Assembly: GCA_050273025.1 (NCBI GenBank)
Contig: CP158636.1
Location: 2,542,001-2,606,000 of the forward strand
From: Cenococcum geophilum
Taxonomy: Eukaryota
Direction of reading: 5' to 3'
Length of the DNA: 64,000 nt
Position numbers and translations under genes: made by a program. The number at the start of each line of letters is the position of its first letter. The first letter of the stretch is position 1. This document shows positions 1 to 14,690 of this stretch, piece after piece. The notes below the pieces were generated by a model, which worked only from the letters and a program-made list of their open reading frames with translations, ran no database searches and was not told where the DNA came from.

Positions 1-126
1 AGCGGCAACTCTATACTTTAGCTTATTCCTAACCGCGTAGCTTATAAAGGCTAATCTCTTAAAGTAAAAGAAAGGGGCGTTTCTGGGTTAGGGGTTATTT
101 TTAAATAGGTGTTTTATAGCTTAAAC
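1..126 (-). pseudogene. Distal part of the tyrosine recombinase of the YR retrotransposon (continues beyond the window start)
   Basis: Removing 127-52995 and one TAAAC copy joins the minus-strand frame ...LRLKRSKTDVNY*GVLIIIAALGQPKYV|V*AIKHLFKNNP*PRNAPFF, a typical YR segment. Confidence 0.8.
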
Positions 127-547
127 TGTTATAAACGCTTTAAGTACGATGTTATAACTACTTGGAGAGAAGTTAGAAGAAGCTAGTTGGTTAATACAAG
201 CACGGTCTAGGATAGAACCCGTAGAACCATATGACGAGGAATGGTAGCCGAGGTCGCGTAACGTGCTATATATTAAACGTAAGGAATAAGAGGAACTTAC
301 GTACCTTATATACTATATATACATCACATATAAGGAGGATTTTATAGGAGTACGGTTATGTATTTAAGGACCCTTAGTCCCTATCTAGATAGTTCCTTCC
401 TTATAGTAATTCTTAGAATACAATTAGAGTTAATCTATTAGGCAACCACTCTACCAGTTATTATTACATTGTTGACTTACTTATAATACCTATATACCTA
501 GCCTATTAATAAGTCTACTATAGTTCCTACTATAAGGCTCCATTATA
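127..547 (+). repeat. 5' LTR of gypsy A
   Basis: TGTTATAAACGC...GGCTCCATTATA (RIPed TGTTACGGACGC...GGCTCCGTTACA); matches 52575-52995. Confidence 0.92.
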
Positions 548-587
548 TAATTACTATTATAGTTACGGTTTTAATAAGTTAAATAAC

Positions 588-1576
588 ATGCCACTAAAAG
601 CAGCCACTATGACGCCATTAACGGCGGCAACTACTTTAGGGTTAGGGGGTAATACTAGTATAGCGGATACCGACTTATAACAACCTATAACGGTAGGACA
701 ATTATAGGAAATAATTAACTAGTTAATAGAAAATAATACAGCACTTAAAAATAAGATTAATGGGATAGGCGCAGTAAAGGTTAAGTTACTATTAATTAAA
801 AGATTCTTAGGAGAGAGATTAAAGCTTAAAGGATTCCTTATATAAATGCACTTTAAGGTAGTATAGGAAGGAGTAAAGCTAGTAATACCTATAGATCGAA
901 TAGCGTATGCAGGACTATTCTTAATAGGAAGGGCACTTAAATAGTTTAAGCCCTACCTTATAGAAATATAGGCAAATGGAATAATAACCACAAACTAAAA
1001 AGTATGGTTTGTGTTTTTAAGCTAGGACGGATTTATAGAATAACTTATATAGATATTTAGAGACCTAAAGGCAATAACTATAGTAGAAAGAAAACTCTAA
1101 AACATTATATAATAAACTTTAGTAATTAAGTATACTATATAGTTCCAAATGCTAATAATATAAGTTAAGTGGAATAATAAGGCGCTTATAGCATAGTATA
1201 AATAGGGACTTAAGGCTAAAGTCTAGGACGTAATTATCTTAATAAAAAATGCGGATACCCTAAGGGAACTAATAAATTAAGCAATAAAGATTAATAATAG
1301 GATCTACTAAAGGGAATAAACTAAGAGAGGTTAGAATAGAGTTCTATAGTTATATAAGACATAGAGTATATAACAACTTAAGCTAAACTAGAAAATATAG
1401 TATAGCGTAGAGCTAATAAACCTAAGTAGTACTAAATAAACCTATAAGAAATGGAGTAAGAAACTATAGAAACCTAAAGGTTAAGGATTAAGTAATTATA
1501 GGACTAGGGAGCATAGGCTAAACTAAGGATCTTAGTAGTAGAAGATATTTAAGCGGACTCTATAATAAAAGTAATA
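588..1576 (+). pseudogene. gag: gag N-terminal part of gypsy A, broken by the LINE
   Basis: ATG at 588 (MPLKAATMTPLTAA...); homologous to gag in B, H and J; many RIP-derived stops. Confidence 0.8.
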
Positions 1577-2471
1577 AAACTAAACTATATTCTAATAAAG
1601 TATTATCTATAGCTTACCTAATATTATAAACGTCGGTTTATAATTCTATATAAATAAGGAGCTCTTGCTGCACCTGGCCTAAAAAGACTAAAACTAACTA
1701 AAAGAACCCTGAAAAACACCTAGAGAATCCCCCTAAGATGTATGCATCGCAGGGGAGGCATACGTCGAACGACGGTGGCTTGTACTTGTGCGCGACCGCT
1801 AGAACTACGCCTAGTAATGGCCCTCTATAATAAAGACGGGCGAATACTACACCATAAAGTAGAAATACCTCTATTAAAAAGGCATCTAATAAAATATAAA
1901 GCCTATTAGATATATTTAGTATCCAAAATTACGGGGGAGTAACCGTTAGCTATAACGAACTAATATAGCTAGCAGAATGGCTCCGCCAGTCTAGTAAACC
2001 TTAAATGCCCCTCTAGCAAACCCTTAATTAAATCCTCTAATAGCTAAGCAAAATTAAAAATAAGTATAACCCCCCTTTACCGGCGAACCGCACCTAGGCC
2101 ACTATAGCTGCGCTTTTACAGTATAGGGAACCTACTCCCCTTAAGTTAATAACCGGGTATATAATTATAATACAACTAAATATAGAATAAGTAGAGGGGC
2201 TTAGGGGATAATTAGAAATAGAAGTCCTTATAAAGATATATAAAGAGGTCTATAACGCTATTATAGTCTAACACCTTAAGAGCGGAGATATTAGAGTTAC
2301 CCTAAAGGACTAATAGGTAAAGGAATGAGCTATAAGGGTAGGGGATAGGCTAGGAGAATATATTAGTATAAAAGTACTCTGTGAGGATTACCTAGTTAAA
2401 GTCCTAGCGGTTTTTATAAGCCTTAGGGTAGAAAAGGGATACTAGGCGAATAATATAGCAATTATATAGGA

Positions 2472-2893
2472 TGTTATGGACGCTTTAAGTACGATATTAT
2501 AACTACTTAGAGAAGAGTTAGAGGAAGCTAGTTAGTTAATATAGGTACGGACTAGGATGGAACCCGTAGAACTATATAATGAAGAATAGTAAGCGAGTTA
2601 TATAATAGTTGAACGTGTTAGCTGTATTAAATGTAAGGGATATTACGTTTAATATAGATAAGACGTATATTATATATAAGAAGGATTTTATAGAAGTACG
2701 GTTGTGTATTTAAGGACCCTTAATCCCTACCTAGATAGTTCCTTCCTTATAGTGATTCTTAGAATATAATTAGAGTTAATCTATTAGGTAACTACTCCAC
2801 TAGTTATTATTACATTATTAACTTACTTATAATACCTATATACCTAGCCTATTAACGAGCCTACCGTAGTTCTTGCTATAAGGTTCCGTTATA
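2472..2893 (+). repeat. 5' LTR of gypsy B
   Basis: Direct repeat of 19137-19558. Confidence 0.92.
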
Positions 2894-3126
2894 TAATTAC
2901 TACTATAGTTACGGTTTTAATAAGTTAAATAATATGCTACTAAAAGCAGCTACTATAACACCATTAATGGCGGCAACTACGTTAGGATTAGGTAACGACA
3001 CTAATATAGCAGACACTAACTTATAATAACCTATAATAGTAAAACAGTTATAAGTAATAGTTAATTAGTTAATGGGAGATAATATAGCACTTAAAAATAG
3101 GATTAATAGAATAGAAGTAGTAAAGG

Positions 3127-3312
3127 TGTTGGAAACACAGGGTGACTTACTAATAACGACTACTTAAGTAGGGTTATAGTGATATTAGTTAATTCTTATT
3201 GATAGGAATAAGGAAAGGGGTGAGGAACCTAAGGTTCCTTACTATGCTAGGGCCACGTTAACACGTGACGGCAATATACTTTATGCGACGGCAACTTACC
3301 TTATTCCCGATA
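3127..3312 (-). repeat. 3' LTR of copia C
   Basis: TGTTGGAAAC...CCCGATA; direct repeat of 9182-9367. Confidence 0.9.
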
Positions 3313-6300
3313 CTGGCAACTCTTCTTTTTATAGTTGCTATATATATATATATAAACAGATAGTATATAATAATACCAGATAATATGTAATAAAACTAGA
3401 CGATATACAATAATGCGGTAGTTAGTAGAATTTAGTAAATAACGCGAAGACGGGTAGGCCGCTAAGACGCTAGTAGTAAGCGAGCTAATAGTAATTTTCT
3501 ATGCCGGGCATAGAAAATCCTAATTAGTTAGTAGAAGTTTATACTGCTACCTAAATTAATTAGGCGTAGCGCTTTTAGCAAGGATCTAACTAATTAGATA
3601 ACTTTAACCAGTGGTTAAAGTTCTATAAGATCTTAACTTCTCTAAATTTCCCTCTTAACCCAACCTTTAACTTATATATGTAGAGTATTTATATTAATAA
3701 ATGTCTCTAGTGCCTTATTTAGGTTTACCTTTGTTATTATATCTACTGGGTTATCTTAGCTATTAATCTATTAGATCTTAAAGAGTTTTTAATACTTATA
3801 GGACTGCCGAAGTACTATAATATTAATTATAAGACGCTCCTCCTTTATAGTACCAAGCTTAACTAAATACTTATAGAGGGAATATAAGTTGGTGTATATA
3901 ATTATAGGGATAGTAGGAAGTTTGAGCCGGTCTGTAATTATCTTAAGGGTAGTTCTAATTGCAATTGCTATATTAACTCCGCCGACTATTCTATATATCT
4001 CTAACGCTAGAACGCTTTAAGTAACGCGCTTACTTTTAGTTAAGCTTTAATAAATAAGGTTGCCGTAGATTATAAAGTTATTCTCTCTGGTAGATTTGTT
4101 TATAATAATAATCTTATATCCTAACTAGAAGCTAAAATCTTTATTATTTATAAACGATCTATTAACAAATACGAAGAGCTTAGCGGTAGGAAGGTTAATA
4201 GGTATATAGAGTAGTCCCCTATTAAGATGGTTTATTTGCTAGAAAAGACGCTTATTTAGGGCAAGAACGTTATCCTTAGTTAGTTCCTGGTGTTAAGCGG
4301 TAATAGAGAGATTAAAGGAAGCCTTAGGTTAATAGATAGAAGCTATATAAGCTCTACAAGCGCGTTACTCTACATATCCTTATTTTGGAGAATTAATGTT
4401 AATAATATTAATCTTCTTACCTTAACCCTTCTAGCGTAGAGTAATAGAGCCCTTATTTAGGGAGAGGATACATCTATTAAAGAGTAATAGTATTACTAAG
4501 TTAAGTCTTTCCTTTAGCTTTGCTATAAGGTTTACTTTTACTAGCTTATCTTCTTTAAGAGCTAAGAATTGGTCGTCTCCTAAGATAATTATATTATCCG
4601 TTTGTATGCCGACGATTCCAAATAAAGTTCCCGTAGTTATAATAAGGAAGTAGGGATTAAATATAGAAGTAGTTATTAAAAGCTTCTCCTTGTGGTGCTT
4701 GCTGTAGGTAGCCTACTAATGAGTTCCTGCCTCTGCGATTCTATATAATGGCTTAAGTACGACCATAATCGTATCCTCGGGATATTGGTGGCGAATTTAC
4801 TTTGGAAGGTATACTAGTATTAAGCGCTAAAGGCGCGTCTCTAATTAGGTGTAGGCCTAAGTAATATCTTATAGGTAAACCGCTATTCTATTCTTCATTA
4901 AGGAGGGAGCTAGTGTAATAATAACTTATTAACTAGCTTGTTAAATTATAGGGAATTACATAAGAATTACTTTCTTACTATTATTATTATAACCTTAAAT
5001 GACTAGCCTTAACTTCTTAAATAGGGTATTAGTAGCTTTGCCTTTAATTTTATTAATTATTCTTAACTTAAATATGCGGACTCTATTAAACTTAGTAGGG
5101 TCATATTTCTTGAATTTAAAGACTCCTCTTGTAATAAGACCGTTAATCTCCTACTTATTAGATGCTTAGAAAGGAGCTCCTAGAGTTATAATATAGCCTT
5201 CCTTTTAAAGCTGTTTTGCAAGTTTAAAGTCAGCCTTCTCTTTAGCTGTTATAAAGGCTATTAATAGTTTATCTCCATTCTTAATAGCGGTAACAAATTG
5301 CTCTTCAAAATTAATAAGATATTAGCGATTTTGTAATCCCTTTGGGCGACCTCTACCGCGTTATAGTTGCGGTACGTCTACTATAATTATATCAGAATCG
5401 CCTTCGCCTTCTAGAGTATGTTAATTGTGGTTCTCCTTTAGGGTATCTTTTAGGGTATCCTATAAAGGCTCGGAGCTATTATCCCTATAGTAGGGCTTAA
5501 TAACAGTTAAGCGGAATTAAGTAGGTCTATAGGGCATCTAAAGAGTGTAAGTTTAACTATTAATTATAATGAGTTTATATAGGCCTAACCATCCTCCCTT
5601 TTTACGCTATACGCGTACCTCTGATTAGAGTAGTAGATTAAGCGTAATTAAGGTGTTTGGGCTATTTTTTATTTCTAGTACATCGTTAACCTAGCGCATA
5701 GCATAGAGACGTCGCACCTCCTTTATTACCTTGCGAATAGCCTTAACTTATTACGCAATAGAGGGAGATAGTAGAGAATTGTTAGTTATTTAAGAGTAGG
5801 CGCTAAAGACTAGTAACGTAGGTACGAGCCTATCTAGGCCAGCGGTATTATTAATAGCCTTAATAGCTATCTATAGGATAAGCTCTTCGCTAGCACCCTC
5901 TAGTTCTAAAGAAATAATTTTATATACGCGGCGTAATGGCGTATAATATTGTTCTATTTTTTTAATACTATTATATACCTTAACGGGGACTTCCTTAACC
6001 TTAATTGTTATTACCTTTACCTATTATTAAAACTCTATAGATAAGAAGTTCTTTCCTATATTATAAACGATTTAATTAGGGGGTCCTAGGTAGATATTAA
6101 TCTAGCATAATTAAAGAGTATCCTATGCGTTCCTAGCTAATATATCTTTTAAAAAACGTGCGGCTTAGAAGAAGGTTAAGAAGTTAATAACTTAGAGTAC
6201 TGGCTTGCCGCTAAGATATATAACATCTATAATAATACAGAAGTTAAAGTTGTAGTTATCTTTAAGAGTAAACTTAAATCGGCCAGGGAACTTCTAGTTC

Positions 6301-8810
6301 ATTTGGTAGTAGTGGTAGTACTTTATAAGATATTTAATTACCTTAACCTTAACTTTATAACCTGCTCACTAAAGGACCCTAAGTAATTAGTAAATAGATA
6401 GGTGGCCAAAAAGATGGTGTAGTTAACGTAACTTTAACTTAGTTAGGTAGCTCTAAGTAACGCTCCTTTTTAGCTATTAAAGGAGCAACTAAGGGTAACC
6501 CCACTTGCGTATAACGGGCACCTAATTATCTCCCTAGACAAGTATATTCTTAAGGTTGTTAAGCTTAATACCTAATTTATCTATATCTTAGATATAGAAT
6601 AGGAACGGGGTATTTGCGGGGATAATGTGGAAAGTAATATATCCTAATAGGGTTTGGACCTTAATTGTGCTAAAAGAGATTATAGTACCCTTGCTAAAGC
6701 GAATTATATATTAGCCTACTGTTAATTAGTTAATTTAAACAGAGCTATTAAGCTATTAAAGAGCTCGAACTTAAGGCTCTCCTACTATAGATACTCCTGC
6801 GGCTCTAGTATCTAGTATAATGCTATAGAAGACGTTCGCCGAGTATCTGTTGTTAAAGAAGAACGCGGAACTTTCCTTTAGCTTATTAAAGATATCTAAC
6901 TTTATAATAGAATGGAGCGTAGATTAGTTATTAAGGATAGCAATAGTTTATGTGCTATTTACCTTACTATACTCGGTAAAGTATTGGTTAGGAGAGTAGT
7001 CCTTAATTTCCATATCTATAAGGAGCTATTTAGCCTCATCAACCTTACCCTTAAGATCTTCTTCGCCTTTATATTAAACCAGAAAGTTTTAGAAGTAGGC
7101 TATAGTAACCTCTTAGTTTCCAACATTTCGTATACTCTGGCGAAACCTATTATATACCTCCTTTTATCTATTAAGAGGGTGTCTAGTTAACCAGTAATTT
7201 GGCTTCTTATAAACGTAGCACTTCTTCTAATAATTGCTCCGAAGTGAACCTCTATAAGGACCTCCATGATTACCTTATAGTTAACGTTAATCGTACCCTT
7301 TACCGTATCCCCTACCACGTCTACTATATATTTAATTAGTCTAGTTGTAATTATATTAGTTAGCCGGGTCAATTAAGGTAGGTTAAAGTTAGGCGTTAAA
7401 TTGCTGTACTTCTTAAAAGCGTAGAGCGGTGCTAATAGAGGATCTTAATTAAGTATATATTCCTTCATAAGTACTTACAGGGTTAAAGAGAGCGAGATTA
7501 TATTCTTTAATACCTTGGTATACGCTAATAACTTAATTATATAAGCTAAGGTCCTCTTAATATAATTTAGATAAACCACGCTAAATTATCTAAAGTTAAT
7601 TAAAGAGCTTTTAAAGATAATTAAGCCGAGAGACACCTAGGTTCGTAGTAATAATTCTTAAAAAGGTAGTCTCTCTCCACTCCGACATATATTGCTGCTT
7701 ATTCTCTTCTATTTTAAAGTGGCATCTTATCTTATATATCATTCGGTTAAAATTATATCCTTTTCCTACCAAATAATCATAATAGAAGGTACTAGCGCGG
7801 CCCTTAAGTATAACGGAATAGGCGTTGTGATATTAGTTAGGTTCTAGTCTAACCTTCTAGTAATAGTCGTAGAAGATACGCAGTTTTAAATTAAGGATAT
7901 TATACAGTTCCCCGCTAAACTTCTTCTCCTAGTCCGTATAGAGCTTCGTAAGCTCTATAAGCATTTTTAAGGTACCTCTAAGTGGTATTAGACTACGTTA
8001 AAATTGCATTAGAGATTAAGGTAGGGATTGCTTTATAGGCTATAGTAGAGATATAGGGCTTAGTAGAATACGGCGTGATACCTAATCTTCTTATAATAGA
8101 GTTTAAAGGTTATTAAATCGCGAAGCAAGGGGATCTTACGCTTACTCTTAAGGGGTAGTGGTTAATATTGCTGGTTAAATTGGTGGATCCTAGGGAGCTG
8201 GAGATAGAGGTGGAAGCAATAGATGCGGAACGTAAGAACTTATGCCTAGAGCAATGAAATTAGAGCGCGTCTCTATTGGCGTATCATTTAGATTCCATCG
8301 TAAGTTAAGCTTCCTCTTAGTGCGTAGTTGGTGCTTAACCTCTTATAAAGTCCATTCGTGCTCTTCTTTTACATCGATAACTTACTCCTAGATATTATCT
8401 CTAATAGTACCCCTATCTATAGGGACAAATACTCTATTCTCCCAAAGGAAGTTACGGAAGTCTTATATAACATCCTTCTTTACAAGAGCCTATATTTCCT
8501 TTATCCATCTAATAAAGTCCTCCTTTATATAACACTATAGCTTAGTATTATTATATTCGCTGTCTATATAGTGTACTATACGGTATACTAAGAATCCGTT
8601 TAGGTCCTGTTCCTTAGCGTTTATAGGGTTAATATCTATATCTCACGTCTCTAGGTTAATACTTTTCTCGTACTTCTTTGGGTAGGTTAACGCTATAGTA
8701 GGTATAGAATTAATGGGGTGTTATATGTTAAAGGTAGGTAGGGTTTTTAGCTTTATAGAATCTTGTAGGTTTGCTATTAAAAGGTAGGTAATTAAGATAT
8801 TGTTAACGCG

Positions 8811-8985
8811 TTTTAGACGTTAACTTTAGGACCGTAGGTTTAGTAACACTTCTAACCTAAAGTACTTAACTAAATCTTTATATGCGTAGTTGTTTAACGT
8901 ATTTTGGACATTAATTTTAGGACCGTAGGTTTAGTAATACTTTTAACCTAAAGTACTTAACTAAATCTTTGTAAACGTGGTTGTT
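8811..8985. repeat. ~90-bp tandem duplication in the copia C leader region
   Basis: TTTAGGACCGTAGGTTTAGTAAYACTTYTAACCTAAAGTACTTAACTAAATCTTT occurs twice. Confidence 0.8.
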
Positions 8986-9181
8986 CTATATAATAGACGC
9001 AACTTGGTATCTCCTAGTACTTAGTAACACTTCTATTACTAGTTTTCCGCAAGTCTAAGGTAGTATAGTATTGCCGGGATCCATTCCATATAAGCGTATA
9101 TAGCACCCCTATATAAGACTGTCTCTTCTATTTAAAAACCTAGCTACTCTGTGGTTAACTGTATATTTAACTACTAATTAG

Positions 9182-9367
9182 TATTAGAAACACAGGGTAA
9201 CTCACCAATAACGACTACTTAAGTAGGGTTACAGTAATGTTAGTTAATTCTTATTGATAGGAATAAGGAAAGGGGTGAGGAACCCAAGGTTCCTCACCAC
9301 GCTAGGGCCACGTCAACACGTGACGGCAATATGCTTTATGCGACGGCAACTTGCCTCATTCCCAACA
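9182..9367 (-). repeat. 5' LTR of copia C
   Basis: TATTAGAAAC...CCCAACA followed by TSD AAAGG. Confidence 0.9.
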
Positions 9368-12300
9368 AAAGGTTAAGTTACTATTAATTAAAAGATTCTT
9401 AGGGGAGAAATTAAAGCTTAAAGGATTCCTTATATAAATACACTTTAAGGTTACGTAAGAAGGAGTAAAGCTAGTAATAACTATAGATTAAGTAGTATAT
9501 ATAGGATTATTCTTATTAGGAAGAGCACTTAAATGGTTTAAGCCTTACCTTATAGAGATATAAGTAAATGGAATAATAATAACAAACTAAGAAGTACGGT
9601 TTATATTTTTAAGCTAGAATAGATTTATAGAGCGACTTATATAAATGTTTAAGGACCTAGAAGCAATAACTATAGCGGAAAGAAAGCTTTAGGACCTAAT
9701 ATAACGAACTTTAGTAATTAAGTATATAATATAATTCTAAACGCTAGCTATATAACTTAAGTAGAATAATAAGGCGCTTATGGTATAGTATAAATAGGGA
9801 CTTAAGGCTAAAGTCTAAGACGTAATTATTCTAATAGAAGATGTGGATACTCTAAGGGAATTAATAGATTAAGCGATTAAGATTAACAATAGGATCTTCT
9901 AAAGGGAATAGGCTAAGAGGGGCTAGGACAGAGTCCTATAGTTATATAAGACGTAGAGTATGCAATAACTAAAGCTAAATTAGAAACTATAGTATAGCGC
10001 GGAGCTAATAGACCTAAGTAGTACCAAAGAAACCTATAAAAGATAGAGTAAAAAACTATAGAAACCTAGGGGTTAAGGATTAAGTAATTATAGGACTAAG
10101 GAGTATAGGCTAAACTAAGGATCTTAGTAATAGAAGACGTTTAAGCAAACTCTATAGCAAAAACAATGGTTTAAAGATAGAGCTTATATAAATTATAGAA
10201 AATAAGGTTATTTTACTAAAGACTATAGAAGTGGTTAGAGTTATTACGTAGTAAAGAAAACTAGACTAGTAGTATATAATATATATATATAGAGGGATAA
10301 TAGTACGCTATAAGAAATAAAAGAATGTTTAATTAGAAGTTTTGCGTTTTGTTATAATAATGTATACTAAATTTATAAAGACGCCAAGTACGGTATAAGC
10401 TATTAGCTATAAGAGCTAGAGTTAAGAGGACTTAAAGAAACTAAAGAGTTAGATAAAGAATAGGATTGACTCTATAAGCTAGATTAAGATATTACAGTAA
10501 TATATAGATAAAGATTAGTAACAATAATAATAGAGTTAGAGTACTTATTAATTAATAGCGATAAGAATAATAAAGGAACCAACTAGGGGTATCTAAACCT
10601 TAATAATGCAATAGAAGTAGAGACTGAGACCGCTATAGAGCAAGGTTTAGTAACGGGTATTATAACACCGTTAGATATAGCATCCATTGCTTTATAAGAT
10701 GGAAGGAGTAATATCTAGAGATAATTAAGTAAGCAGATAACTACTAGTGCTAGCTTACTACTTAATAAAGGCAAAGGGCTAAAGGCTTAAGATTCTTAAG
10801 ATAAGATAAGAGACAACTAAAATTCTTAAAGTAAGATAAGGTATACCTAAGGACCTATAATAGACAAAAACCGATAGAGTAGGGTAGTAGCTTAGTTTAA
10901 AGATATATAAATAAGCTTGGGATAAGTGTTCCTAATAGCACAAAACTCTTAAGATAAGATAAGTGAGATTTAAGACTTTTAAGATAAGATAAGAATACTA
11001 TAGACGCCTAGTTAGACTAAGGCGGGAGCTAAGCTTAAGTTAGAAGCAAGCTTAGGATTAAAGAATTTAAGGGACTAAGAATTTGGAGTACAAATTAGGA
11101 TACCTATAAGTAAGAAGTAAGGAGCTTCTTTATAGATTAGAGAATTTATAGCGTAAATAGCGATTAGATTAGGAGACAGATATATAGACCTAGAAGACTT
11201 ACTAGGGGAGTATAGCGCCTAGCCTAAAGATTAAAAAGCCAATACCAAGATTAAGAAGTAAGAAGACTTTAAGGATCTACTTATAAGACGCGACGTAAAG
11301 GAAACCATAGAAGAGTTTAGAGCAAAAATTATCGTATAGTAAGAAAAGAAACTAGATAAGAGATCTAGCACATTGGGATGTATAAGGGATAGAGCGCTAG
11401 TATAAAGAATCACTAATAGGCCTAGAGTAGGCATATTAAGAGCTAAGTGGCTTACTAAACTGGAGTAAGAAGAGGATTTAGGAATTCCTACTAGATTTAA
11501 GGAACAATATACTAAAGGCTATTATAACGTAGTAATAAAGAAATATTTTCTTACGGATAAGCCGTATATACTTAAGCAGCTATACTAAAAGTAGTATAGG
11601 CAACAACATAATAATAAGTAGAAAGATTTCTATATATAGTTAGACGAAAAAGTTATCTAAAACCACCCGATTATAAAAAAAGCTATAACTTATATTAAGG
11701 GGGCCTTAATTATAATATTAAAGGATTTAAAGGAGTAATTAGAGGACTAGAGAAGTAAAAGACGAATCTTAATACCCGCGAACGAAGTTATAACACTTAG
11801 ATTAATATAAGAAAGGTTTAAACTTAAGGACGAAGATAAGCTGAGAGTTAACCTAAGACATTAAGCATATTACATACTATCGTGGATAGTATATGTGGAT
11901 AATGTGTGCAATATATATAGAGCACTAAAGGATAAAAATTAAAAGTATTTAATAAGAATGTATTAGATGACGGACAAGGTAAAGTATTAAAATGTTAAGT
12001 ATATATATAGTTGGCACCTAGTAAAAGTTTAAAAATAAGGGGACTTAATACTTTAACTAGGAAGATTCCTTACGGAAGAATGCCTAAATAGATAACAATA
12101 GTGGGAATATCTAGAGAATACCTGTCTATAGTATATTAAAGATAAAAAACGAACTAAGTATTAGCCTAAGTTAGACTAAGTATAAATAAGATCTAGTAGC
12201 TAATAGTTAGGAAAAGTAGAGGCCTATAGGACTAGAGGGAGCTAGTAGTAGAGCCTTAGACCCTTAAAGGAATTTAAGGATAATACCTAAATCTAGGAAT

Positions 12301-14690
12301 TAAATAGTAAGATTAACAGTTTAAAGCACTAGTAGATAGTAAAGTAATAAGGAACTATATCTTACTAATAGTAGTTAAAAGAATAGGGCTACTATATAGG
12401 CAGAAAGAGCACCCTTATTTATTAGTAACAATTTTAGGAGATCTAATAGCCTATAGAGGAGGTATTATTAATCTTAAAATAGGACTAATTTAGATAACTA
12501 TTAAGGGAAGACAAATTAAGATATCTTTTAATATATTACTATTAGGAAATAATAAGGCAGTATTAGGAATGCCTTAGTTATAGAAATATAATCTAAAAAT
12601 CGATTAGGTTATAGGTTAGGTCAATATTAGAGATACTTAACGCCGTAAGATATAATAATAAGCTAAGTTGGTATAGTATTAAGTAGGAGCGACCTATAAA
12701 GAAATGGAAAAAGGGCTAAGCTATATACTAAAGAGATACTATAAGTATAGTAAGAAACTATAGTTACCTAAAAGTAAAAAGCTGTTAGAATATATAATAT
12801 AGGACTATAAAATAGAATTGGAACTAGGAATAAGTCTAAGGTTTTTTCCAATCTATAAACTTACTAAAGAAGAAGGTAGAGCATTAAAAGAGTTTATCTA
12901 AGAAAATCTATAAAAGGGATATATTAGACTATTACAGTTATTAGCGGGATATCTAGTACTATTCGCACTAAAAAAGAATAGCAAACTAAGGCTATATATT
13001 AACTATAGATAGTTAAATAGCATTACTAGAAAGGATAAGTATCCTTTACCCTTAATTAGTGAAATCTAAGATAGAATAGGTAATGCGTAAATCTTTACGA
13101 AGATAGATCTAAGATAGGCGTACTATTAGATTAGAATTAAGGAAGGCAATAAATAAAAGGCAGCCTTTAGATTAAAGGAAGGACTATATAAACTATTAGT
13201 TATATAATTCGGACTTATAAACGCACTAGTAATATTTTAGAAGCGTATTAATAATATATTAGGAGAATATTTAGATAAATTTGTTATGGTATACCTTAAT
13301 AATAATATTATTTACTTAATAAATAAGGAAGAATATAGAGAATATATTAAATGGGTTTTAAAGAGATTATAGGAAGAATAAATGCTAGTAGTAATTAAGA
13401 AATGCAAATTCTTTACTAGGAAGACTAATTTTGTTAAATTTATTATTAAACTAGGCCAACTTAGTATAGATCTAAAGAAGATTAAGGCTATAGTAAATTA
13501 GCAAGAACTAGAGAACGTTACGCAGTTAAGATTATTTTTAGGGTTTTATAATTACTATAGAAGGTTTATAGCGCAATAGTTAAAGGATATTAAACTATTT
13601 ACGCGATTAATAAAGAAAGAAGAACTATAGGCATAGGGAGAAGAATAGTGAGAACTCTTTAAGAAAGTTAAAGAGTTATTTACCTAGGAGCCAGTTCTTA
13701 AGATCTATTAACTAGGACTAGAGACGGTTATAGAAATAGATATATTAGACTTTATACTAGGAGTATATTTTATATAAAGGCATTTAAATAGATAGCATCT
13801 AGTGGCATATTATAGTCGGAAGATAATACTACTAGAGTTAAACTATAACATCTATAATAAGGAGTTATTAGGTATAGTTACAGTACTAAAAAAATAGAGA
13901 GCATTCTTATAAAGTATAGAGAAACTATTTATAGTTAAAATAGATTATAAGAACCTAATAGGATTTTTAACGATAAAGGAACTTAACTAAAGATAGGTTA
14001 GATAGGCAGAGATGCTTATAGAATACTATTTTAAGATTTAGTATATTAAAGGTATAAACAATACATAAGCCGATACGTTAAGTTAAAAGGCTAAACTATA
14101 AAATAATAATAAGCCATTAGGGGCTTTACTGCGAAAAGACATAGATGGACTGATTAGGTATAACTATTTAAAAATTATAGCAACTTAAGAAAATAAGTTA
14201 GGAAAGGTCTATAAGACGCTAGAAAGCTTTTAGGTATAAAGAATTCTAAAAGCATAGCTAAAAGATCTATAGTTAGACATATATAAAAATTAAGAAGCGA
14301 AGTATATCCTAAGAAGTATAGTAGAGTAGTTTATAGAGGACTTTTATAAGGGACTAACTTAAGGATATAATAGAGCTATGGGCTTAGTATTAAGACTCTA
14401 GGAGGAGTATATTATTAATAGAATTTAGAAGATAGCTAGAAGGATTACTAAAGAGTATCTAGATTGCTAACATCAGGAAATTTTTTTTTTAGCTCATTGT
14501 TGCGGTTTGCAGCAATTTGCGGCAATTTGCTATAAACTATACGGTTGCGGTGGTCATATATAGTCCTGTGCGGTTTGCGGTGGTTTACAGCAACTCGCGC
14601 GAAGCCTATATTTTTTACGGCAGTTTACAGCAACCTACGCGAAGCCTATATTTTTTACGGTAATCCGCGCGAAGCCTATATATAGCCCTT

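Larger units (their letters stand above)
3127..9367 (-). mobile_element. Ty1/copia element C (probably GalEa-like), inserted in gag of B
   Basis: 186-bp LTRs at 3127-3312 and 9182-9367; TSD AAAGG; minus-strand order PR (LDTRAAGVS ~6800), IN (~5800-6430), RT (DIT*AYT, YRIAEAGTH, QTDN ~4590-5050), RNase H (KRLIINII ~3820). Confidence 0.92.

Noticed and set aside
85..97. GGGTTAGGGGTTA telomere-like motif
   Set aside because: Only about two imperfect units, lying within the YR coding frame
11231..11434. Recurrent signal-peptide-like antisense ORFs (also 27783-28064, 45176-45400)
   Set aside because: Shadow frames opposite the Lys/Glu-rich gag extension; they recur only because the element is repeated, and starts and ends are inconsistent
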